From Bacilli bacterium (lineage in GTDB: Bacteria > Bacillota_I > Bacilli_A > RFN20 > CAG-826), in NCBI GenBank assembly GCA_024408075.1, contig JAKSVK010000002.1, forward strand, positions 19,676 to 83,675: 64,000 nt of DNA, written 5' to 3'. Each line of letters opens with the position of its first letter. Within the stretch, counting starts at the first letter, position 1. Below the pieces are notes generated by a model. The model did no database searches. It was given only the letters and a program-made list of their open reading frames with translations, and was not told the origin of the DNA. Positions 30,480 to 40,572 of the stretch are shown piece by piece. The translations under genes were made by a program, and so were the position numbers.

Positions 30480-33248
30480 CTATTTAATAGTTTTTCTCTT
30501 TTTAATAACAATAATAGAAACCAATAAGCCAGTTAAGACAGAAACAAATGAAATGAGTATTACAATTAAACTATTGTTAGATCCATTATCAATTTTTGAT
30601 GTATTCAAATTTATTAATTTATTTTCAACAGGTAGTTCAAGAATTATTCTTTCACTTGCATCAACATGTAAGTTATATTCATAAGCCATTCTTATTATCT
30701 TATTAAGATAGGATGTAGTAATTTCTCCTGTATCAACAAAAGTCTCGTTCCACTTATTTGATAATTTAGCCTCTTCAATCATCGCGTTATATTCAATAAT
30801 GGCTTGTTTCATACTAATTTTGTTTTCACTAGAATAACATGTGCCAATTTTCTTAATAAAAATAATAGTAGCAGAAGCCTGTTCTTCACCCGTAAAGTAT
30901 AGTTCACTGGAATTTACATTAGTCACATCCACAAAAAATTCACAAGTTTTACTAATAGAATTTTCACTATAAGTAGCTAAAAGTTTTTTCTGACCTAATG
31001 AATTGCTATCAAAACCATCAGCGAATCTAATAGATGTTGGGTTAACAATACTTTCACTTTCATCATTATAAGATGCAACAAAAGTGTAATTAGTAATGTT
31101 TGGCTCTTCTTTAAAAGGGACATCTTTAGCAGTATTTAGTCTAATATCAATCAAATATTTGTCGCTCACAACAAAGCTACATGTATCAGTAAATCCACCA
31201 TCTTCAGTAGTAACAGTTATGACACCTGATCCAGGTGCAATTGCAGTAACTAATCCTGTATTACTAACCGTAGCAGACGATGTATTATTTGAACTCCAAG
31301 AAACATTCTTATTTGTGGAATTTACCGGCAAAACCTGGACATTTAACTGAAAATTTCCGCCTTTTATTAAAGAAATTTCACTATTTGAAATGCTACATCC
31401 TTCAACAGGAATCGTGCTTGAACTTCCTACATAATTAACATCAATTGAATCCACATAACATACACCAGAAGTTGATGTATAACGTAAATAAAAGTACGAA
31501 TCTTTTGCCCCACTTGTATCAATAGTCAAATTCTTATTTTTAGTGGTACCAGTATAGGTATGAACAGTCCCGCTTGTACTACCTGATTTGTCAAAAACTT
31601 TGTCGCTAGTTTTTAATTCGAAATCTTTTGAGTCATCAGAATCTTTATTTAAATCAATCGAAACTGAGTAAATGTTTCCAGGTACATCAACTTCATTAAA
31701 AAATCTGCCAGCTTTATCACTCTTATTAAACTGCATACAGTTAGTTTTTCCGGCATAAATATAGCCTTGACCTGAAACTTTATTGTTTGACCAGTTATAC
31801 CAATTGTAAGATCCGCTTGCAGAAGAGAAAGAATCACGTGTAATTGAAATCTGCCCATCAACCTTTTGTTTATGAATAACAGTAATATCTACAGTATCAG
31901 TTTTAACAATTGAATTTTGTGTAGCAGTAGCAGTGATAATTGCTTTACCTTGGCTAACACCAGTTACAAGACCATTACTATCTACTTTTGCAATGGAATT
32001 ATCGCTTGAAGTAAACGTATATGTTGGAATTGGGTAAGAATCTTCAGGATAATTAGCAATATTTATTTGAGTTGTGTCTTCTGTATAAATTTCATCTGTC
32101 ACGGCAGTCGCAGTGATACTTTCAAGTTTAACGCTTTGAGGTTCAATAACAGTGACATTGCAATAAGCTTTAACATTAGTGTCTATCACAGATGTAGCTG
32201 TAATTTTCGTATAGCCAGTACTTAAACCAGTCAAAACTCCTTCACTAGTAATTGTAGCAACACTTGGATTTGATGATTCCCAAGTGACATTCTTATTTGC
32301 ACTTTCTGGAGTAACTGATTTAACAAATAATGTTTGAGTACTTCCCAAAACTAATGCTAAAGCATCAGTGTTTAATTCTATATCGGTAGGTTTTGATGCA
32401 ACATAAGGATCTTTAGAACAAATCGATCTAGTTTTATCATTTGTGTTACCCCAAACTTGACATACATATTCAGGGTGATCAACAAAAGGATTTCTATTTC
32501 CTTGTAAGTATTGTCCACCATTATTTCTATTAACTTCTCTTTCATTAATTGGATTATCAACGTGCCATTCAAGTAATGAAATTAAGTCGCCTATAGAGTT
32601 GTTATAGCTCATATCAGCGCCTTCTTTAATCTTTAAAGATGGATTTGCAACTGCACAATAAAAAATGATACGAGCACACTCGCCTCTAATAGAGTCATAA
32701 ACACCAATATTATCAGCAAATGCTTTTACTGGATCCCATCCATTTGCTGAATGAGCCATACCAGTTACATAACTTGAATTGCCACGATTGCTATTTTCAC
32801 TACTAATAGTTGGTCTAGGCATGAAAATATCTGAATCGACACTTCCACCACCTCTAGAATCTGGCCAGACGTGTTCTCTATTCCAACCAGTAGTTGATTT
32901 TCCGGAATAAAAACTTAGAATTTTAGTTCCATAAGGTTGACCATTAGAATCATATACAACAGTGCTAGGATCATAATCGGTATATTTAAACATACCTGTT
33001 GGACTTGTTCCCATTGAGCTATAGCCAACATTTTTCCTTTTCATTCCTTTATTTAAGGATTGAAGTTTACCAAGTAATGATGTTCCTGAACCTGAAATTC
33101 CATTGTAGTACGTTGAAACATCTACAGGATAATGATCAACTGCAAAAGTTTGTTTATAATCGTTATTTTTAATTAAACCAATTGTTCCTAGAAGGGTTAA
33201 TGTTATTGCTCCTAGAGTAAGGAACTGAATTGATTTAATTTTTTTCAT
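30480..33248 (-). CDS. membrane-anchored extracellular endonuclease I family nuclease with three Big_2 Ig-like domains
   Basis: 922 aa with an N-terminal signal/anchor. It carries the endonuclease I blocks NREHVWPDSRGG and GNRNPFVDHPEY, three VTWESSNPSVATI-type Big_2 repeats, and a C-terminal TM helix plus KKRK. Confidence 0.8.
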   Translation of the reverse strand: MKKIKSIQFLTLGAITLTLLGTIGLIKNNDYKQTFAVDHYPVDVSTYYNGISGSGTSLLGKLQSLNKGMKRKNVGYSSMGTSPTGMFKYTDYDPSTVVYDSNGQPYGTKILSFYSGKSTTGWNREHVWPDSRGGGSVDSDIFMPRPTISSENSNRGNSSYVTGMAHSANGWDPVKAFADNIGVYDSIRGECARIIFYCAVANPSLKIKEGADMSYNNSIGDLISLLEWHVDNPINEREVNRNNGGQYLQGNRNPFVDHPEYVCQVWGNTNDKTRSICSKDPYVASKPTDIELNTDALALVLGSTQTLFVKSVTPESANKNVTWESSNPSVATITSEGVLTGLSTGYTKITATSVIDTNVKAYCNVTVIEPQSVKLESITATAVTDEIYTEDTTQINIANYPEDSYPIPTYTFTSSDNSIAKVDSNGLVTGVSQGKAIITATATQNSIVKTDTVDITVIHKQKVDGQISITRDSFSSASGSYNWYNWSNNKVSGQGYIYAGKTNCMQFNKSDKAGRFFNEVDVPGNIYSVSIDLNKDSDDSKDFELKTSDKVFDKSGSTSGTVHTYTGTTKNKNLTIDTSGAKDSYFYLRYTSTSGVCYVDSIDVNYVGSSSTIPVEGCSISNSEISLIKGGNFQLNVQVLPVNSTNKNVSWSSNNTSSATVSNTGLVTAIAPGSGVITVTTEDGGFTDTCSFVVSDKYLIDIRLNTAKDVPFKEEPNITNYTFVASYNDESESIVNPTSIRFADGFDSNSLGQKKLLATYSENSISKTCEFFVDVTNVNSSELYFTGEEQASATIIFIKKIGTCYSSENKISMKQAIIEYNAMIEEAKLSNKWNETFVDTGEITTSYLNKIIRMAYEYNLHVDASERIILELPVENKLINLNTSKIDNGSNNSLIVILISFVSVLTGLLVSIIVIKKRKTIK

Positions 33249-33250
33249 AA

Positions 33251-36187
33251 TTATTTACACTCCTTCTTATAGTAATATGTGAAGCCAATAAGACTACCAA
33301 TAATTATCAAACTGAATATTGCTATCAAAAGACTATTTTTGTTATCAGACACTAGAGAAATATTCTGCGTATTTTTAGTTAATAAATTATTGAAATTAAA
33401 GCTTTCTCCATGATGTTTAGCCCACATAGTCATTCTTTCGCGAGCAGTGCTAATTACATAATCTGTTGAGGACATAAATTCTTCTCTTTGTGAGTCAGAC
33501 ATTTTATTAAATTGAGTTTTTGCGATTGAATATTTAGTTTCGCATTGGTTATCTATATCTTCAAACATTACATAATTAGCAACATTTAAAGCAGTTTCTT
33601 CATTAGAGTAATTAATGGTTATTTCATCAAGATATAAAGCGTTACTATTAGAAATAATACCAATAAATTTATATGATTTGGTTACAGAAATCGAAGTAGG
33701 CTCCCCGTTATTATAAATTATTGAACCAATTAGAGTTCCTTTCTTATCTGCAACAAACAAATCATTGGTTTTTTGGTAAGGTGTGTCACTTCCAAAAATG
33801 TTTATAGTACGTGTTAAAGTTGTATGAGTATTCCAAACAACACTAATTGATTCGAGTTTTCCTCCAGAAACATTTGTATAAATTCCCCTATTATTATTGT
33901 TTGATGTAATTTGAATAGCACCATAACCTTTAGCTGTACTTCCACAATAATTAGCAGTGGATTCAATCGTATCGTTGTTATCACGATTTTTATCAGAAAA
34001 ATCAACGTATTCTGATCTTGTTGCGTCAAAAGTGTCACAAGTCAACACATCAGAATAAGTATCAATTTGAGAATATTCGTTCCTGGAAACATAGACACTT
34101 AAAGAACAAGATAAGTCTTTATAATGTACGGCATTTTCAAATGTTTTATTTGTTCTTGCACCACCAGAAAGCGCATCGCCATAAAGAAATTGATAACCAT
34201 CTGAATCAAATGTAAACCCTGGTAAAATATTTCCAAAATTATCAACGACAGTAATATCATCAGTTGAAATAAATTCACCCACTTTAAAATCCTTATTAAC
34301 CATAGCACTAATGCTGGTTACTTTTTCATAAGTTGAATAGTATATTTTAGCTGAAATGTTTCCAGATGTATCATTATGAACCGCACTAAATACGTCACTT
34401 CCATCAATAGGTGTTATTATAGTAGTTTTATTAGTACCTTCTGCTATTGCATTAGTCCACGTAGACTCTTTCATTGCATTAGCAAATCCCTCTGTTGTTG
34501 ATGTAAACTCAACTTTATCTATTTTGTATCCTTCAAGAGGAGTAAAAATAAGGGAATTGCCAGTATAAAATCTAGTTGACTTGTTTTCATCTTTACCACC
34601 CAAATAATTATCAACTGGTGTCCTACCTTTTTCAGTTTTTTTAGCTTCCATTGTTGCAAAACTTGAACGCCAAATAACAGAATCAGTTGTATATTTTGGA
34701 TCGTAAGATGCTATTGATAAGTCCCATGTAAATGTTCCACTAGTTTTAGTAGTGACAGTCAATAAATAAGATGCAGTCCTTGTAATACCTTTCTCGTTAT
34801 ACGTTACAACAACAGTATATTTACCAGGCTTAGACATATCATATCCACTAAAAGAGGAAGAATAAGTAACATTAGAAGAAGTATTGTTTGTGTAATGTGC
34901 AGTGACAATTCCGCCAAATGAAAACTCATCATTTGTATTTAATTCAGTAGTTTGCCCGGAAATAGTAATATAATCCAGTTCTCTATCAACTGGAGGTTCA
35001 ATATTAAAATCATTTATTGTATCTAAAAGAGGCTGAGCATAGCCAGTTGAAGAAGGAGAATAATTTCCAGAATCACAAGTTCCCCAAATGTATTCAGCCC
35101 ATTCAGGAAAATCAATAAATGGATTTCTATTATTAGTAAAATTTTTAAATACTAAATTATTTCTATGAATTTCAAACTCATCTGGTGGATCTAATCTATT
35201 CCATTCAAGTAAATCTTGAAGGATACCAATTTGACCCTTTTTTGCAGTCGAAGAGGTATATCCTGACATTCCGGTATTCCAATTTAGTTCATTAATAATT
35301 TCTAAATTTGGATTTCCAGCATCAATCCCATCACTATCATTGCCGGAATAGTAATTGTATCTCGCAGCCATATAAAAAATAGCTCTAGCAATATCTCCTT
35401 TGTCAGAATCTTGTGGTTCAAATACATTATAAGTAGAATTTTTAAATGTTTTTGATGAACCAACCAAATTTCCGCTTAATGTTGATGCATAATCTCCGGC
35501 ATCAGTATATTTTTTTGACTTATCAACATATCCATAATAATTGTTACTATGAATAGCACCGTTTACTTTGCCGTTGCCAGCCCATAAATGCATTAAATCT
35601 CCACGTGCGCCAACAGCTTTTTCTTTATTGTCAAATCCACAAGATTTTTGCCATATATGTTCTTGATTAATGCCCCATTGATCTTGGTTATGATTTCCCC
35701 AGGCTTGAGTATTATTATCAACGTCTCTATTTACGTACAGTGCATGAATATAAGGATTAGAACCAGGATTTGATTCGTTTTTACCATACTGATAATTGCT
35801 AATGATATTAGATTTAGCATTGTAACCAGTTATAGCAGTTGCAGGTGATTTTTCCCAATCACGATCAATAATTTCGTATGCTTGCCAAACAGCAGTAGTA
35901 GCACCACTTCCATAAGAAAAATATTTTTGTCCATTCTTTAATATTGGTTTTAAATTCTTTAATAAGTTCGTACCACTCTTTTCATTGTTTGAAAGACTAT
36001 TTAAATTAGAATAATACTCCCTAATTTCATCATCACTACAATCATTCAAATCAATATTTGTAGGTACTGTATTCAAAACATAACTGCTCGCTTCAGTTTT
36101 ATTGGTTGGTTTTTCCCCTAAAAAAGCAACACATCCCAATGAAAAAGCAAATAATAAAGGTAATGAATAAATCCCAATTTTTTTCAT
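33251..36187 (-). CDS. membrane-anchored extracellular endonuclease I family nuclease (paralogue)
   Basis: 978 aa with a signal peptide and possible lipobox FSLGC. It carries the blocks INQEHIWQKS and NNRNPFIDFPEW, a long beta-rich middle region, and a C-terminal TM helix. Confidence 0.75.
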   Translation of the reverse strand: MKKIGIYSLPLLFAFSLGCVAFLGEKPTNKTEASSYVLNTVPTNIDLNDCSDDEIREYYSNLNSLSNNEKSGTNLLKNLKPILKNGQKYFSYGSGATTAVWQAYEIIDRDWEKSPATAITGYNAKSNIISNYQYGKNESNPGSNPYIHALYVNRDVDNNTQAWGNHNQDQWGINQEHIWQKSCGFDNKEKAVGARGDLMHLWAGNGKVNGAIHSNNYYGYVDKSKKYTDAGDYASTLSGNLVGSSKTFKNSTYNVFEPQDSDKGDIARAIFYMAARYNYYSGNDSDGIDAGNPNLEIINELNWNTGMSGYTSSTAKKGQIGILQDLLEWNRLDPPDEFEIHRNNLVFKNFTNNRNPFIDFPEWAEYIWGTCDSGNYSPSSTGYAQPLLDTINDFNIEPPVDRELDYITISGQTTELNTNDEFSFGGIVTAHYTNNTSSNVTYSSSFSGYDMSKPGKYTVVVTYNEKGITRTASYLLTVTTKTSGTFTWDLSIASYDPKYTTDSVIWRSSFATMEAKKTEKGRTPVDNYLGGKDENKSTRFYTGNSLIFTPLEGYKIDKVEFTSTTEGFANAMKESTWTNAIAEGTNKTTIITPIDGSDVFSAVHNDTSGNISAKIYYSTYEKVTSISAMVNKDFKVGEFISTDDITVVDNFGNILPGFTFDSDGYQFLYGDALSGGARTNKTFENAVHYKDLSCSLSVYVSRNEYSQIDTYSDVLTCDTFDATRSEYVDFSDKNRDNNDTIESTANYCGSTAKGYGAIQITSNNNNRGIYTNVSGGKLESISVVWNTHTTLTRTINIFGSDTPYQKTNDLFVADKKGTLIGSIIYNNGEPTSISVTKSYKFIGIISNSNALYLDEITINYSNEETALNVANYVMFEDIDNQCETKYSIAKTQFNKMSDSQREEFMSSTDYVISTARERMTMWAKHHGESFNFNNLLTKNTQNISLVSDNKNSLLIAIFSLIIIGSLIGFTYYYKKECK

Positions 36188-36325
36188 AGCGTATTCAAAT
36201 TATGCTCTTTTTAATTGATAAAATCAATAAATATAGTTCAATAATCGATTCAATCAAGTATTTTACTTTACAAGAAATAGTTTTAACTATACACTTTTAT
36301 TGCTTATTAAAAATAGGAAATAGTT

Positions 36326-37453
36326 ATGTCACAAGTAAAAAAATTAAAGAAAACAAAAAAAGGAATGTCGCCTGAAGCTAAGGCTAATTTAGGTTTAACA
36401 TTTAAAAGTATTATCTCTAACCAAGCCTGTGTTGACGGTGGTAAAGATGCACCATGGTGGATTGCTGTTATATTCCTTATTCTTTCAATTTTGCTTCCAT
36501 TAATTCCTATTATGACAAAGACTAACAAATTAAGTGGTTCATCATTTTTAGAAGGATACAATTTCAAAACTGATGAAGGACTTTACGAAACTACAAGAAA
36601 CCTTGTTGAAGATCAAAAAATTAGAGGTGTTGTTGTAGGAAACTTACTTTCATTTTATGAAGAAGATGAAATTGGTCATAATGAATTAATTGAAGACGGT
36701 GATCCAAGACTTGCAACTTTAGATGAAGGTGGATTAGTTCCAGTAGCAACTGTTATTACTGAATTTGGTCCAGATCAGGGATCTGAATATACTTTTAGAA
36801 TGTTTATTACTAACTTAACTGGTTCAGCTTTTGAACTCTTAGTTAATCGTTTAGCTGAAGATAGATTTGTTCAAGGTTCAATTAAACCAAGATCAATTGA
36901 AGATGATATTACTACTTTATATTACACTCCTAGCTTTATAGCTATTGGAAAAGATTCAGCTTGTATGGCTTTATTTGGTAGGCATCAATTAAATCCATCT
37001 GCTTCTTCTCCTGCAGGAATTGATTACACACATACAATTAACGGAGAAGATATCTTCTATTCCTTATTAGGAAGTGGAGAAAGCATTAATGAAAAAATTG
37101 GAACTACATTAGTTAAGTACCAAACATTCTTCAAAAATGGTTATGTAAATGCTAAAAGTGTATTGTTTAGAAAAACAACTTTAATATACTTAGGTGTTTA
37201 TGCTGGTCTAGTTTTATTCCTTGGTGTTATGGTATTTATCTTAACTCGTGGTAAAAATAACGTATTTAAATTCTTATCATTCTTCACTTGTGAAAAGATT
37301 GCTTGGTGGGCAGCATTTACACCAGGTTTATTAGGAATGATATTAGCCTTTATTCTTCCAGGAACAAGCGCGATTGGTCAAATGGCATTCGTTGTACTTG
37401 TCTCACTTAGAATCATGTGGCTCTCAATGAAACAGTTAAAACCTGTTCAATAG
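36326..37453 (+). CDS. membrane protein, unknown function (1 N-terminal + 3-4 C-terminal helices, ~210-aa loop)
   Basis: 375 aa with a lysine-rich N-terminus. It is transcribed divergently from the nuclease pair. Confidence 0.5.
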   Translation: MSQVKKLKKTKKGMSPEAKANLGLTFKSIISNQACVDGGKDAPWWIAVIFLILSILLPLIPIMTKTNKLSGSSFLEGYNFKTDEGLYETTRNLVEDQKIRGVVVGNLLSFYEEDEIGHNELIEDGDPRLATLDEGGLVPVATVITEFGPDQGSEYTFRMFITNLTGSAFELLVNRLAEDRFVQGSIKPRSIEDDITTLYYTPSFIAIGKDSACMALFGRHQLNPSASSPAGIDYTHTINGEDIFYSLLGSGESINEKIGTTLVKYQTFFKNGYVNAKSVLFRKTTLIYLGVYAGLVLFLGVMVFILTRGKNNVFKFLSFFTCEKIAWWAAFTPGLLGMILAFILPGTSAIGQMAFVVLVSLRIMWLSMKQLKPVQ

Positions 37454-37458
37454 AAAAT

Positions 37459-37482
37459 AACGACTAGCAATTGCTAGTCGTT
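37459..37482. terminator. bidirectional terminator between convergent genes
   Basis: Perfect palindrome AACGACTAGCAA/TTGCTAGTCGTT, flanked by an A-run upstream and a T-run downstream. Confidence 0.65.
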
Positions 37483-37486
37483 TTTA

Positions 37487-37825
37487 TTAATCTCCATAAT
37501 CACTTCCGCGTGATTTATCTTCAACAAATATCTTGAGTGGATTTGTTATGTCTTGGATCTCTAGAATTATATATCCAGGGATTTCAAATGTATTATCTTC
37601 AAAGTCACCTACAAAAATAACTTTATGATTTTGTTTAACTCTTTTAATAATTGAGTCAATTATGAGTTGATATGATTCTTTATGTCTTTCTTTAAATCCA
37701 TCAAGTTGAGAATAAAAAATAGGTTCAATGTAAAAGTCATTATCCTTATCAATAATATAATGATCAATTAAAGGATATTCACTTTCATTCACTAATTTGA
37801 ACTGTTTAAATTCTTCTCTTTTCAT
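37487..37825 (-). CDS. hypothetical protein (112 aa)
   Basis: The ORF overlaps the rlmH stop by 4 nt. No motif was recognised. Confidence 0.45.
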   Translation of the reverse strand: MKREEFKQFKLVNESEYPLIDHYIIDKDNDFYIEPIFYSQLDGFKERHKESYQLIIDSIIKRVKQNHKVIFVGDFEDNTFEIPGYIILEIQDITNPLKIFVEDKSRGSDYGD

Positions 37826-38298
37826 TTGTGGTATGTCTCGTTATTCAATATTTTAAAACTGCGATAAATTTGTTCAAGAAGTATTAGTCTACTCATCTGA
37901 TGAAGGAAGGTAAATTTTGATAAAGAAATAAAGTCATTACATCTATTTTTTAGTTCATCACTTAAGCCATAAGAACCACCAATTACAAATGAAATTGAGC
38001 CTGCATAAATTTGGAACTTTTTCTCTAAATACGCTGCAAATTCTGGAGATTCTAATTGTTTTTTGCCTAAATCTAGTCCAATTAAAAATTCATGACACCC
38101 TACGGATTTTAAGACTCGTTGTCCTTCAATATCTTTTGCTTTTTTAATCTCTCCATCACTCGGATTATTAGGCAATGATTCATCTTTAAATTCAATAACT
38201 TCTACATTGCAATAAGGTGTAATTCTTTTAACATATTCATCAACACCTTCTTTGTAAAAGTCTTTTATTTTTCCAATCGCATAAATTTTAATTTTCAT
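37822..38298 (-). CDS. rlmH: 23S rRNA (pseudouridine1915-N3)-methyltransferase
   Basis: SPOUT RlmH-like sequence (MKIKIYAIGKIKD...GGSYGLS). The start is set at the internal ATG 38298 rather than the track start 38334. Confidence 0.8.
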   Translation of the reverse strand: MKIKIYAIGKIKDFYKEGVDEYVKRITPYCNVEVIEFKDESLPNNPSDGEIKKAKDIEGQRVLKSVGCHEFLIGLDLGKKQLESPEFAAYLEKKFQIYAGSISFVIGGSYGLSDELKNRCNDFISLSKFTFLHQMSRLILLEQIYRSFKILNNETYHK

Positions 38299-39040
38299 AA
38301 TTTCCTCCGATAAGTGGAGTCCACTGATTTGCACATCTTAATTTGAATTTATTTAAGTCTAAATTGCAGTAATCAAAAACTTTTTTATAAGCGTTCACTG
38401 CATGTTCAGGTGTATTACATTCTTCACTTAAATGAGCCAAGATAATTTCACTTGTTTTATCACCAATAATTTCTTTAGCTGCAAAGGCACTGTCTTCGTT
38501 ACAAAGATGTCCGCATTCTCCTAAGATTCTTTTTTTAAGTTCCATTGGTCTTAAACTAGCCATCAACATTTGAATGTCATGGTTTGACTCAATAATTAAA
38601 TAATTAGGATTATTAACTAATGAATTATTTTCACTTAAATAAATTCCTGTATCAGTCATATATACTAATTTCTCACCTTCAGAAATAAAAACATATCCAC
38701 AAGGATTTATCGCATCATGACTTGTTTTAAAAGGGACTATAATATCATTTAAAATTTTAATTTCTTTATTTAAATAAATAACATTAGATAATTTTCCTGG
38801 AATTGTCCCTTCTAAAGCATAAAGTTTTTTAGGTGAAAATGTTTTAATATTTTTAATATGATCTGTATGATTATGAGTTACAAAAACAGCATTAATATCT
38901 GTGATTTTTTTATTAAATTTTTTAAGTTCTTCTTCTAAAGTTGCAATTGCTATTCCCATATCAATTAGGAATAAATTATGCTTAGTAAAAATAAGTGTAG
39001 CGTTACCTTTAGATCCACTTGCAACTATATCAAAAAACAT
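38288..39040 (-). CDS. MBL-fold metallo-hydrolase (YycJ/WalJ-like)
   Basis: 250 aa with the HxHxDH motif (THNHTDHI). It sits in the dnaB-yycJ-rlmH neighbourhood. Confidence 0.75.
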   Translation of the reverse strand: MFFDIVASGSKGNATLIFTKHNLFLIDMGIAIATLEEELKKFNKKITDINAVFVTHNHTDHIKNIKTFSPKKLYALEGTIPGKLSNVIYLNKEIKILNDIIVPFKTSHDAINPCGYVFISEGEKLVYMTDTGIYLSENNSLVNNPNYLIIESNHDIQMLMASLRPMELKKRILGECGHLCNEDSAFAAKEIIGDKTSEIILAHLSEECNTPEHAVNAYKKVFDYCNLDLNKFKLRCANQWTPLIGGNYEN

Positions 39041-39042
39041 TT

Positions 39043-40569
39043 TTATTCTTGTTCAGCAATTTCGTTCATTGCTGCTTCCCATTCAGGAGAAGGTTGATCA
39101 AATTTTAAATAATCTTTATAGAAGAATAATCTAGCAGTACCAGTTTGACCACTTCTATTTTTAGCAACAATAACTTCTGTATAAGAAGCATTGCCAGGAA
39201 TTTCTGCTCCAAGTTCAGCTTCTTTTTTAGCTCTTACTAATTCGTATTTATCTCTTTCACTTAGTTGAGCACCTTTTTTATTAGCAATTTCATTAACTCC
39301 GTTTTTCTTAGAAGAATCATAATAGTCTCCTCTATATAGGAGCATAACAATATCAGCATCTTGTTCGATGTTGCCACTATCACGAAGATCAGACATCATA
39401 GGTCTTTTTGTATCCCTTTGTTCAACCGAACGGTTCAATTGAGATACAACAATAACAGGCAAATTCAAGTCTCTTGCTAATGCTTTTAAAGCAAGTGAAA
39501 CTTGTCTAACTTCTTCTTGTCTATTATCCGCACCTTTACGATTTGAATTACTAATTTGGACTAAACCTAAATAGTCGACAATAATTAAGCCTAAATCTGG
39601 TTCATGACTTGCAAGTTTTGTACTCTTAGCGATAATATCGCTTAATTTATTACTTGGTGTATCATCAATATAAATTTTAGAATCTGCAATTTCTTTAAAA
39701 CCAGACATTACTTTTGTATATTCATTAGCACTTCTAATTTTTCCTGCATTAATTTGTTTACAGTTAACACATGAAGAGATGGCAACTAAACGATTAAACA
39801 ACATTTCTTTACTCATTTCGAGTGAGAAAATAGCAACTGCTTTTTTAGCTCTAGTTGCAATTCGATGAGCAAAATTTAAACATAGAGCAGTTTTACCAAC
39901 TGAAGGACGAGCAGCAACAATAATCATTTCACCACCTTTAAAGCCTTGAGTAATTTGATTAAGTTTATCGTATCCTGTTGTTAAACCAATAACATCACTA
40001 TCAGTTTCTCCGTCTTGTAAAGTTTGTAAATTAGCTTCTACAACTGGAGCAATATCTTTAGTAGGAATAAATGAAGAAACATGTCTTCTTGAAACACTAT
40101 CTTTAAATGCAGCTTCGCTGTCTAAGATAAAATCATTAATATTTTCAAGTTCTTCGCCTTGATATTTACTATCAATATCTCTAATAGTTTTAAGCATTTT
40201 TCTTAAAACTGAGTTATCTTGAACAATCTGAATGTATTGGCTAAGTGTAGAAGAAGCAACAACTGTTGCAGTACATTCACCTAAATACTTTGCACCACCA
40301 ATATTTTCAAGTTCTTTATAGTTTTGAAGTTGTTCAGCAACAGAAAGAACATCAACATCTTTATGTTCAATGAACAATGTCTTTATTGCTCTAAAAATAA
40401 ATTGATGTTTGCCAAGATAGTAATCTTCTTCTTCAGTTGAAGAAACAACATCATTAAGGAAGTCTTTTTTAAGCATTGCACTACCAAGAACAATCTTTTC
40501 TGCTTCTTGGTTATAAGGCAAAAGAGAACTTGCTTTTTTAATAGTTACATTCTTTTTATATTCAGCCAT
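39043..40569 (-). CDS. dnaB: replicative DNA helicase
   Basis: 508 aa with Walker A ARPSVGKT. It follows the rplI-dnaB synteny and carries a ~35-45 aa insertion near the C-terminus (see findings). Confidence 0.9.
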   Translation of the reverse strand: MAEYKKNVTIKKASSLLPYNQEAEKIVLGSAMLKKDFLNDVVSSTEEEDYYLGKHQFIFRAIKTLFIEHKDVDVLSVAEQLQNYKELENIGGAKYLGECTATVVASSTLSQYIQIVQDNSVLRKMLKTIRDIDSKYQGEELENINDFILDSEAAFKDSVSRRHVSSFIPTKDIAPVVEANLQTLQDGETDSDVIGLTTGYDKLNQITQGFKGGEMIIVAARPSVGKTALCLNFAHRIATRAKKAVAIFSLEMSKEMLFNRLVAISSCVNCKQINAGKIRSANEYTKVMSGFKEIADSKIYIDDTPSNKLSDIIAKSTKLASHEPDLGLIIVDYLGLVQISNSNRKGADNRQEEVRQVSLALKALARDLNLPVIVVSQLNRSVEQRDTKRPMMSDLRDSGNIEQDADIVMLLYRGDYYDSSKKNGVNEIANKKGAQLSERDKYELVRAKKEAELGAEIPGNASYTEVIVAKNRSGQTGTARLFFYKDYLKFDQPSPEWEAAMNEIAEQE

Positions 40570-40572
40570 CTC

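Noticed and set aside
33240-33248. ATG-A7 (ATGAAAAAAATT) at the 5' ends of both nuclease genes (also at 36179-36187), as possible phase-variable homopolymers.
   Set aside because: This is the ordinary MKKI start of signal peptides in AT-rich genomes. The tract length is modest and both copies are in frame.
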